The notes beneath the pieces are model-generated. The model ran no database searches. It saw only the letters and a list, made by a program, of their open reading frames with translations, and had not been told where the DNA came from. A DNA stretch of 64,000 bases from the NCBI GenBank assembly GCA_966211835.1, contig CBIHNV010000002.1, positions 110,751 through 174,750 on the forward strand, given 5' to 3'. This document shows positions 57,144 to 64,000 of this stretch, piece after piece. A program made the translations under genes and the position numbers. This stretch comes from an uncultured Sphingobium sp. (GTDB lineage Bacteria; Pseudomonadota; Alphaproteobacteria; Sphingomonadales; Sphingomonadaceae). The stretch's first letter is position 1. Each line of letters begins with the position of its first letter.

Positions 57144-57271
57144 TTCCACCCCCGTTCGCCCTGAGCTTGTCGACCCGATAAGGCGGCGTAGCCAACGGCC
57201 TTACTGACTTGAAGAGAAGAGAAGGGCTTCGACAAGCTCAGCCCGAACGGAGATGGCAACGCGTCTGTCAC
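57140..57271 (-). CDS. Putative 43-aa repeat-encoded bridging ORF between gspD and gspE
   Basis: MTDALPSPFGLSLSKPFSSLQVSKAVGYAALSGRQAQGERGWK; GTGA overlaps at both ends. Confidence 0.4.
   Translation of the reverse strand: MTDALPSPFGLSLSKPFSSLQVSKAVGYAALSGRQAQGERGWK
57152..57250. repeat. REP-like doublet of the CCGTTC family with a nested insert
   Basis: ccgttcgccctgagcttgtcga[insert]...gggcttcgacaagctcagcccgaacgg. Confidence 0.85.
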
Positions 57272-59460
57272 CGCTGCCCTCCACTCGCCGGAACATCCAC
57301 CGGCCGCACGACGCCGCTCGATTGCCGCATCGTCGGCTCGATCACCTGCGCCGGAACAGCAGCCGCAGCGCCCGGCTGCACCACCGCATCGCCTGCCTGC
57401 ATGGGTGCAGGCGGCGTCGCGCCCATATAGTCGCGCACCAGTTCATCAATGCTGGGTTCGGCCTCCGGATTGCGCGCCAACTGCATGTCCCGGACATAGC
57501 CATAGCGTTGCTGCGTCAGGCGCTGCGCATCCTCCTTCGACCGTAGGATGGTGGGCCGGATGAAGACCATGAGGTTGGTCTTGCTCCGGCTCTTGCTGCG
57601 CGACTTGAACAGCTCGCCTATGCCCGGAATGTCCGAAAGCAGCGGAATCCGCTCGATCGTCTTGCGCTCATTATCGTCCAGCAACCCGCCCAGCGCCAAT
57701 ATCTCGCCATCATCCACAGTGACCGTCGTCTCGATCTCACGCTTGTTGATGATGAGGTCGCTATTATTGTTGGACACCGGCCCCGCGACGCTCGACACTT
57801 CCTGCTTCAGGAACAGCTTGATCGCGCCACCCGTGTTGATCTGCGGCTTCACCTCCAGCTTGATACCGACATCCTGCCGCTGGACGGTACGGAACTGGTT
57901 ATCGAAATTCTGGCTCAGCGCCTCGCCAGTCGTGATTGGCACCTGCTGCCCGACCAAGATCGACGCTTTTTGATTATCGAGCGTCATGACCGACGGCGTC
58001 GAGAGGATATTGCTATCCGTATCCGACCGCACCGCATTGATGATCGCGCCGAAGATTCCATTACGGCCGATCTGCGTCGCGACCCCGCCAAAGCCGCCGG
58101 TCGCGTTCATCAGGCTATCGACGGCTGCCTGTTGGAGCGTGTTGGACAGATCGCCATTCTGCCGCGTCTCTGTGGTCGTCCTGGTTCCATCAGGCGCGAC
58201 TACGGTGGTCGTAGTCGTTCCCAGATCATTGGCTGCGACAGCCCCCGCTAACGTCAGCAGATTCGGCGAAGCATTGGAATAGTTAGTCGCAGCAAAGCCC
58301 GTCTTCGTACTGCCGATCAGGAACTGCACACCCAGCTTCCGGGCAGCGGTATCGCTGATCTCGACGATGATTGCTTCGACCAGAACCTGCTCGCGCCGCG
58401 TGTCCAACTGCCGGACAGTCTCGCCCAGCATCCGCTGCACATCACTATTGGCGGCCACGATGATCGCGTTGGCCCCTTCATAACGGGTGACGATAGCAGG
58501 CCCGCGCGTGGAAATACCGGCCCCGGATGATCCGCCGCCACTCGCCACGGGCGCGGCCGCAGCCTGTGCAGCCCCGTTCGCCGCCGCCGGGACGGATGCC
58601 GTCACCGCCGAAGCGGTCGATTGCCCCACCAGTTGCTGCAACACCGGCAGCAGCTTTTCGGCGTCCGCATGCTCCAGCCAGTAAACGCGGATTTCGGTGC
58701 CACTTGCCGCCTGCCGGTCAAGGTCGCGCGCCATCTGCGCCAGCCGCACGACGGTGCCGGAATCGCCGCGAATAGCGACCGAATTGCTGCTGTCGATCGG
58801 CACGATGGTCGCCGCCCGCTGCGCCCCTTCGGCCCCGTTCTGCACCAGCGCCTGAAGCGAGGTCGCGATTTCACGCGCGCCAGCATTGCGCAGCGTCACC
58901 GTCTGCGTCGCCGCCGTGTCGCGGTCGATCCGCGCCAGCACTTGGCGGATGCGCCCGATATTGTCGGCATAGTCGGCCACCACCACGCTATTGCCCGCAC
59001 GGTTGGCCGTCACCGATCCGTCCTTGCTGACCAGCGGCCGCAATGTCTCCAGCGCGCTGGCGGCATCGATCGATCGCAGGCGGAAAACCTCCGTCACGAA
59101 CTGGTTGCGGTTGGCGCCCCGTCCAACGACGCTGGGCTGCCCTGCAGCTCCATCGGCTGGCTGGATGCGATAAGCACCTCCCGGCGCTGGCACGGCGACC
59201 AGCCCATTTGCCCGCAGGGTCGAAAGGAAAATCTCGAAATATTCCGATCGCGACAGCGGCCGGTCAGTCACGACCGAAACCTTACCCTGCACCCGATTGT
59301 CGATGATGAAGGTCCGGCCCGTCACCCGCGCCGCATCCTGAATGAAGGCGCGGATGTCGGCGTCCCGCACATTCAGCGTCTGCTGCGCCGCTACCGGAGA
59401 AGCGAGTGGCGCGGCCAAAGCGAGAGCCATTGCAGCGGAAAGAAGGAGTTTTCTGGTCAT
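57268..59460 (-). CDS. gspD: Type II secretion secretin D
   Basis: N0 domain ADIRAFI, QVLVEAIIVEI, LSTPSVMTLDN, KTNLMVFIRP. Confidence 0.95.
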   Translation of the reverse strand: MTRKLLLSAAMALALAAPLASPVAAQQTLNVRDADIRAFIQDAARVTGRTFIIDNRVQGKVSVVTDRPLSRSEYFEIFLSTLRANGLVAVPAPGGAYRIQPADGAAGQPSVVGRGANRNQFVTEVFRLRSIDAASALETLRPLVSKDGSVTANRAGNSVVVADYADNIGRIRQVLARIDRDTAATQTVTLRNAGAREIATSLQALVQNGAEGAQRAATIVPIDSSNSVAIRGDSGTVVRLAQMARDLDRQAASGTEIRVYWLEHADAEKLLPVLQQLVGQSTASAVTASVPAAANGAAQAAAAPVASGGGSSGAGISTRGPAIVTRYEGANAIIVAANSDVQRMLGETVRQLDTRREQVLVEAIIVEISDTAARKLGVQFLIGSTKTGFAATNYSNASPNLLTLAGAVAANDLGTTTTTVVAPDGTRTTTETRQNGDLSNTLQQAAVDSLMNATGGFGGVATQIGRNGIFGAIINAVRSDTDSNILSTPSVMTLDNQKASILVGQQVPITTGEALSQNFDNQFRTVQRQDVGIKLEVKPQINTGGAIKLFLKQEVSSVAGPVSNNNSDLIINKREIETTVTVDDGEILALGGLLDDNERKTIERIPLLSDIPGIGELFKSRSKSRSKTNLMVFIRPTILRSKEDAQRLTQQRYGYVRDMQLARNPEAEPSIDELVRDYMGATPPAPMQAGDAVVQPGAAAAVPAQVIEPTMRQSSGVVRPVDVPASGGQR

Positions 59461-60281
59461 TGGCCTTGCAGAGTAAGGTTGATCGTCGAAAGGCTCGCGC
59501 CCCGCTCGACGGTCAGGGAAATGCGCGCGCCGGGCATGATCTTGCCCTGCAACGCCTGGAGGTCGCTCGGCGAGCCGATCGGCTGCCCATCGACCTGGGT
59601 GACGATGTCGCCGAGCTGGAAACCGGCATTCTGGAAACTCGGCCCCCTGGCCGTCAGGATCAGGCCCGTGATGCGCCCGCTCTGCATGCGCGGCGCAAAG
59701 CCGATATCCCGCTTCAGCCCGTCGGCGGTCGGATTGTCGATGCCGACAGCCGGAGCCGGAACCACGCCACCTTCTCCGGCCGAAGCTGTCGGCGCAGGCT
59801 GAGACTGGTCGAGGAATATCTGTTCTTCCGCCCCGCCCCGGTCGATGGTGACATGATCGAACGCCACGGCTTTCAGCAGCACGCCCGGCAATATCTCGTC
59901 ACCCACGGCAAAGCTGTTCTGCACGCCGTCCGGCCCCGCGATGATCGCTGACCCCAGGCCTGACCCCTCATTCAACCGGATGCCGTAAACGGTCAGCGCC
60001 AGCGACGTGACCACGCCCCCGCCAGCCGCCTGCTGCGGCCCGGCCCGATAAAAGGGATCGAAGCTCGAAAATAATGCCTGACGCGCGGCGAAATTGGGGA
60101 ACTGCGCCTGCCGCCCTTCCCACGGTCCAAAGCTGCCGACCGGCGTCAGCACCGCCCAGATCAGCCTCGCGCATTGCAGCACCAACAGGCCAAGCAGCAG
60201 CTTTTCAGCCACCCGCACCCAGTCGATCGGGGCAAGGCGGCTGCTAAGGCCCTGAAAGTTACTGCGAAACGGCACGCGCAT
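59457..60281 (-). CDS. gspC: Type II secretion protein C with PDZ domain
   Basis: TM, HR domain GSAIIAGPDG.Q, PDZ GDIVTQVDG; first gene of the operon. Confidence 0.8.
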   Translation of the reverse strand: MRVPFRSNFQGLSSRLAPIDWVRVAEKLLLGLLVLQCARLIWAVLTPVGSFGPWEGRQAQFPNFAARQALFSSFDPFYRAGPQQAAGGGVVTSLALTVYGIRLNEGSGLGSAIIAGPDGVQNSFAVGDEILPGVLLKAVAFDHVTIDRGGAEEQIFLDQSQPAPTASAGEGGVVPAPAVGIDNPTADGLKRDIGFAPRMQSGRITGLILTARGPSFQNAGFQLGDIVTQVDGQPIGSPSDLQALQGKIMPGARISLTVERGASLSTINLTLQGQ

Positions 60282-60338
60282 GGAACTTGGTGATCCCCCT
60301 TGACACCCGCGCTGCTAGGCAATTGTTTTTACTGCTGG

Positions 60339-60367
60339 ATGACAGAAATGTGACCTATCCATGACAG
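60339..60367 (-). promoter_or_regulatory. Triple Pho box (PhoB site) upstream of gspC
   Basis: CTGTCAT-ggat-AGGTCAC-attt-CTGTCAT: three heptamers at 11-bp period. Confidence 0.75.
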
Positions 60368-60451
60368 CCGCAATCCGCAAGCGATGGCGCTTGCATTTAG
60401 GGCGACGGACGGTAGCAAAAGGCCGCGAATCTTCCGCCCGGTAAGGCGTCC

Positions 60452-61105
60452 ATGCAGAGCCCACTCCTTCTTACAGCAGCCGATGCCGATCCGGACTGGA
60501 TCGCTTCGCAGCCTCATGTTCAGCGCGTGCCTAGCCGTGATCTGATACTTTTCATCAAACGCGGCTTCCTGACGGGAGAGGAATGCGATGGACTGATCGA
60601 GCGGATAGAAGCGCGCCGCCGCCCCTCCACCATAGCCGACGCGAACGGCGACACCGCCTTCCGCACCAGCGAGACCTGCGATCTCGACAAATCCGATCCC
60701 CTGATCGCTGCCATAGATGAAAAGCTCGCCACCTTCGCGGGCATCGACCCTGCCTTTGGCGAGCCGATACAGGGGCAGCGCTACGCCGTAGGTCAGGAAT
60801 TCAAGGCCCACACCGACTATTTCGATCCCGCAGGGCTCGATTTCACGCGTTACTGCTCCGTCTCGGGCAACCGCACATGGACGTTGATGGTCTATCTCAA
60901 CCAACCGCCCGCAGGTGGCGCGACCCGCTTCGTCAAGATCGGCAAGACTGTCCAGCCGGAACAGGGGAAACTGCTCGCCTGGAATAATCGCCTCGAGCCC
61001 GGCCGCTACAACGACGCCAGCCTGCACCACGGCATGAAGGTGCGCAGCGGCGTCAAATATATCATCACCAAATGGTATCGCGAAAAGCCCTGGGCTGAAG
61101 CTTAA
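60452..61105 (+). CDS. 2OG-Fe(II) oxygenase, prolyl 4-hydroxylase type
   Basis: RTS, QRYAVGQEFKAHTDYF (HxD), RTWTLMVYLN, GGATRF, HHG, KYIITKW. Confidence 0.85.
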   Translation: MQSPLLLTAADADPDWIASQPHVQRVPSRDLILFIKRGFLTGEECDGLIERIEARRRPSTIADANGDTAFRTSETCDLDKSDPLIAAIDEKLATFAGIDPAFGEPIQGQRYAVGQEFKAHTDYFDPAGLDFTRYCSVSGNRTWTLMVYLNQPPAGGATRFVKIGKTVQPEQGKLLAWNNRLEPGRYNDASLHHGMKVRSGVKYIITKWYREKPWAEA

Positions 61106-62538
61106 TGCCAGAAGAGCTTGGCATCCGCCAAGGCTTCGTAGGCGTCTTGGGCAGCAGCCAACAGCTTCTTCTTGCCGCGCGCACCGCCTGACAATTCCGC
61201 GTCCATCGGCAATCCGTGCTGCGCCAATATGGTGCCGGCGCTGGCGAGGTCATTGAGCGCGCCCAGTACATCCTGCAAATCTTCCAGCCCTTCGATATAG
61301 CGCCCATATCGCCGCTGCTGCTTCTTGCCATTGAACAGGCTGCCGAAGAATTCCGCAGCATAGCGCAGCTTCTTCGCTTTCTTGCGCACCTCATGGCGAT
61401 GCTCATCGTCCAGCTTGGCCAAGCGGTCCGCATGTTTCAGAACCCAGCGATGGAACTGGTTCAGGCGGCGCGCGGCAAATGCGTCCGCCTGCTCGTCGTG
61501 GTTGCCGTCATCAGAACGGAGCGTCAGCCATTCCACAATGTCGATCATCAACGCGCACGCCCGGGCGGACTGCAGCGCCTCGATCACCCGTCCATGCACG
61601 ATGGTGCGAGCTTCGCTTATCTGCTCGTGCAGGCCATCGGGCCTGATCCGCTCGATGAGCACATCCAGGTCACGCGCTTCGCCGAGCAGCTTGGCGAGCC
61701 ATCGCAGGTCATCCCGAAACCTGGCGACATCCTGATCCTTCAACTTTGGCTTGAACAGCGTCAGCGCAGAACGCAGCCGCCTGACAGCTACCCGCGCCTG
61801 GTGCAAAGCCTTGGGCTCATAATGATCCAGCAGCAGGTCTTCGTTCAGCCGATACTGCCTGACGCAGGCACGGACGATCACTTCGAACGCCTCTTGCGCC
61901 CCGAAGCCAGCCTTCAACATGATGGGCTCAGCCTTGAAGCAGGAGGGGGTCGGGGCCAGCAGCCGGTATCCCCGCTCCGATTTCGCCGCGACCCCCATCC
62001 GCACCGGCACCCCCGCCGCGATCCGTCGCGCAAGGGAAAATAAGGCGTCTGGCCGCCCGCTTTTGATTTCCAGTTCCGCCTCGCAGATCGGCGCCTGCCG
62101 CTCGCCCGTCCCTACCCATCCCCGGTCCAGCACTAGCTCGATCTTGGCCGCGCCTTCCTTCACGACCCATGTGCGACGCTCAACCTCCACCTTGAAGGCA
62201 GGCTCAAGCATGTCCGCAGCATCCCCCAGAACGGCTCCTAAAGGGGTGCGGCTATCGATAACGGGCCGGTCGTCAGCGACAGGCATCTCCCACTCGGCTC
62301 GCGCGAACAGCCCGCCTCCCTGTCCTCCGCCATCGGCCTTGACCGTCTGGACACGCTTCTCGCCCGATCTACGGATGCGCAGTGTATATCCCCGCGCATG
62401 CAATTGCCGGTCTGGAGTGTCGAAATATACGGCCTTCAGCTCTGCCCTGTCACTCTCCCCCGGCAGCAGCGCCAACTGCTCAAATGCTTCGGCAGCCTCG
62501 CTCGACAGCTCCAGCTTCAGTTCGATTTCCTGATCCAC
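61102..62538 (-). CDS. CYTH-CHAD domain protein (YgiF-like triphosphatase)
   Basis: EIELKL (ExExK), YFDTPD, EAELEIK; CHAD motifs HQARVAVRRLRS, HEVRKKAKKLRY, QDVLGALND. GTG start behind GGAGG. Confidence 0.88.
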   Translation of the reverse strand: MDQEIELKLELSSEAAEAFEQLALLPGESDRAELKAVYFDTPDRQLHARGYTLRIRRSGEKRVQTVKADGGGQGGGLFARAEWEMPVADDRPVIDSRTPLGAVLGDAADMLEPAFKVEVERRTWVVKEGAAKIELVLDRGWVGTGERQAPICEAELEIKSGRPDALFSLARRIAAGVPVRMGVAAKSERGYRLLAPTPSCFKAEPIMLKAGFGAQEAFEVIVRACVRQYRLNEDLLLDHYEPKALHQARVAVRRLRSALTLFKPKLKDQDVARFRDDLRWLAKLLGEARDLDVLIERIRPDGLHEQISEARTIVHGRVIEALQSARACALMIDIVEWLTLRSDDGNHDEQADAFAARRLNQFHRWVLKHADRLAKLDDEHRHEVRKKAKKLRYAAEFFGSLFNGKKQQRRYGRYIEGLEDLQDVLGALNDLASAGTILAQHGLPMDAELSGGARGKKKLLAAAQDAYEALADAKLFWH

Positions 62539-62603
62539 TGCCCGCCTCCGCAACGCCCTGTCCATAGCACAGCGCAGAAAAACTCGCGAACGGTGCAAAT
62601 AGC

Positions 62604-62641
62604 AAAAGGGCCAACCTGCGCCTTCGCAGATCGGCCCTTTT
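62604..62641 (-). terminator. Intrinsic terminator after the TonB-dependent receptor
   Basis: AAAAGGGCC..CTGCG-CCTT-CGCAG..GGCCCTTTT. Confidence 0.65.
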
Positions 62642-62661
62642 CCCTGGCGATTTCGCTATGA

Positions 62662-64000
62662 TCAGAAGGCGACGGTCAGCGAAGCCGCAATCGTCGTTCC
62701 GATCTTATAGCGGTTGTAGAACACCTTGTTCCCGCCCGCTTCCTGGAACTCCTGGAATTTCCGCCCGGTGATGTTCCGGGCCTCGAACTTGAACTCGCTG
62801 TTGATCCCGCCGGGCAACAAGACAGCCTGACGCGCGACGAAGTCGAGCGTGAAGCCTGGCTTTTCCTTGATATCCGGCTGCAGGTTCGGGCCACGGCTGG
62901 TCACGCGGGGGCTGGCATAGGTGATCAGCAGCGTCTGTTGCGACAGCTTGTCGGTGTCCTCCAGACCCACCTGGAAATTCACCAGATGATCCGATTGACC
63001 GGTCAGCGGAGCGCCATCCAGGAAATAGTCGGATGCGGCAGGCAGCGGGCCGGTCGTATAGCTGTAGGGAATGGTGGTATCTCCCTCGCTCACCTTCAGC
63101 TCCGATTGGGTGTATGTGTAATTGCCGATCAGGACGATGCGGCGGCTCTGCAGGAAGGGCGAACTGGACCAGCGATCAAGCGGCAGATATTTCTGCGCCT
63201 CAAATTCCAGGCCGTATAGCTGCGCCTCAGGTGCGTTGGCGAAGCTGGTGGTCACGGAGTAGGTATCGCTGATGGTCGTAAAGGTTTCGACCGGATTCTT
63301 GATCTTCTTGTAGAAGGCCGACGCCGTCAGCCTTTCCTCACGCCCCATATACCATTCAGCGCGAATATCACCGTTCCACAGTTCGCTGTCCTGCAAGAAG
63401 GGATTGCCGCGATAAAAGCGGTTCGATTCCGGATCGAGGAAGGGCTGGGCAATCAGTTCACGGAACTGCGGACGCCCGATCGTCTTTGAGCCGCTCAAGC
63501 GGAACTGCAGGCCCTGGGCCGCCTCCACCGTGATCGTCGCTGCGGGCAGCCAGTAATCCTTGCGGATCTGGTTGAACTCAGTGACGCCCGTTGAATAGAC
63601 GTCGACGCCCGTCACCGATTGGCGGCCCTTTTCGAAACGCACGCCCGCGTCGACCGTGATGCCCGGAACGATCTCCGCCTTCACTTGCGCGTATCCGGCA
63701 TGGGTGCGCAGTGCCGCGTCATACACCGGATAGTTGCCGGAAAACTCCAGCAGGCCGATGTCATACAGCTGGATCGCCGCGTCCGACAGGAGATAGTCCG
63801 GACGCATTTGCTGGGCACCGATCGGCAGGTTGATTGCATCGAAATGCAACTCATAGCGGGACGAGGTGCGCTTCGTGTCGCTGAACGCATAGCCGATCGT
63901 CGCGGTCAGGTCCGGCGAGAATTTGTAGCTAAGGTCCCAACCTGCGGACCAGAGATCTTCATTCAGATCGCTGAAGGTAACCGAAGCATCGCCACGCTGA
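62662..64000 (-). CDS. TonB-dependent outer-membrane receptor, C-terminal part (5' end lies outside the window)
   Basis: Beta-barrel strands, GNPFLQ, SAFYKKIKNP, terminal Phe. Confidence 0.88.
   Translation of the reverse strand, partial: QRGDASVTFSDLNEDLWSAGWDLSYKFSPDLTATIGYAFSDTKRTSSRYELHFDAINLPIGAQQMRPDYLLSDAAIQLYDIGLLEFSGNYPVYDAALRTHAGYAQVKAEIVPGITVDAGVRFEKGRQSVTGVDVYSTGVTEFNQIRKDYWLPAATITVEAAQGLQFRLSGSKTIGRPQFRELIAQPFLDPESNRFYRGNPFLQDSELWNGDIRAEWYMGREERLTASAFYKKIKNPVETFTTISDTYSVTTSFANAPEAQLYGLEFEAQKYLPLDRWSSSPFLQSRRIVLIGNYTYTQSELKVSEGDTTIPYSYTTGPLPAASDYFLDGAPLTGQSDHLVNFQVGLEDTDKLSQQTLLITYASPRVTSRGPNLQPDIKEKPGFTLDFVARQAVLLPGGINSEFKFEARNITGRKFQEFQEAGGNKVFYNRYKIGTTIAASLTVAF

Noticed and set aside
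12462-57250. Recurring ~27-nt sequence considered as a CRISPR repeat
   Set aside because: Copies are dispersed or inverted, with no regular spacers and no cas genes.

Overview
High-GC alphaproteobacterial chromosome segment. Sphingomonadaceae, probably Sphingobium-like, is inferred from gene content and sequence style; no search was run. Left to right it holds: partial folB, GNAT, DUF1285, NUDIX and cca; a GGDEF/EAL gene; parC; a trehalose operon (otsB, GH15, otsA); purC, a TauE exporter, an unlisted 49-aa membrane ORF, purS and purQ; a complete Tad/Cpa pilus locus with two flp pilins, a lower-GC tadE-tadE-tadG cassette, DUF2569 and an orphan histidine kinase; uvrC; an alcohol dehydrogenase; the F0 ATP synthase operon; ydbH-ynbE-ydbL; radC; a DEAD-box helicase; an FAD oxidoreductase; sapC; a candidate sRNA; tRNA-Glu(CTC); tonB; a complete type II secretion operon gspC-O preceded by a triple Pho box; a prolyl-4-hydroxylase-like gene; a CYTH-CHAD gene; and a partial TonB-dependent receptor. 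No transposase, integrase, prophage or CRISPR array is present. The most unusual signal is a REP-like palindrome family (CCGTTC-GNNC-TGAGCYTGTCGAA-GNNC, with a covarying stem) concentrated at the 5' ends of T2SS genes. It is translated inside the cleavable leaders of pseudopilins GspG and GspI, and it forms a 43-aa ORF coupled to gspD and gspE by two GTGA overlaps. All coordinates and translations outside the supplied ORF track were read by hand.
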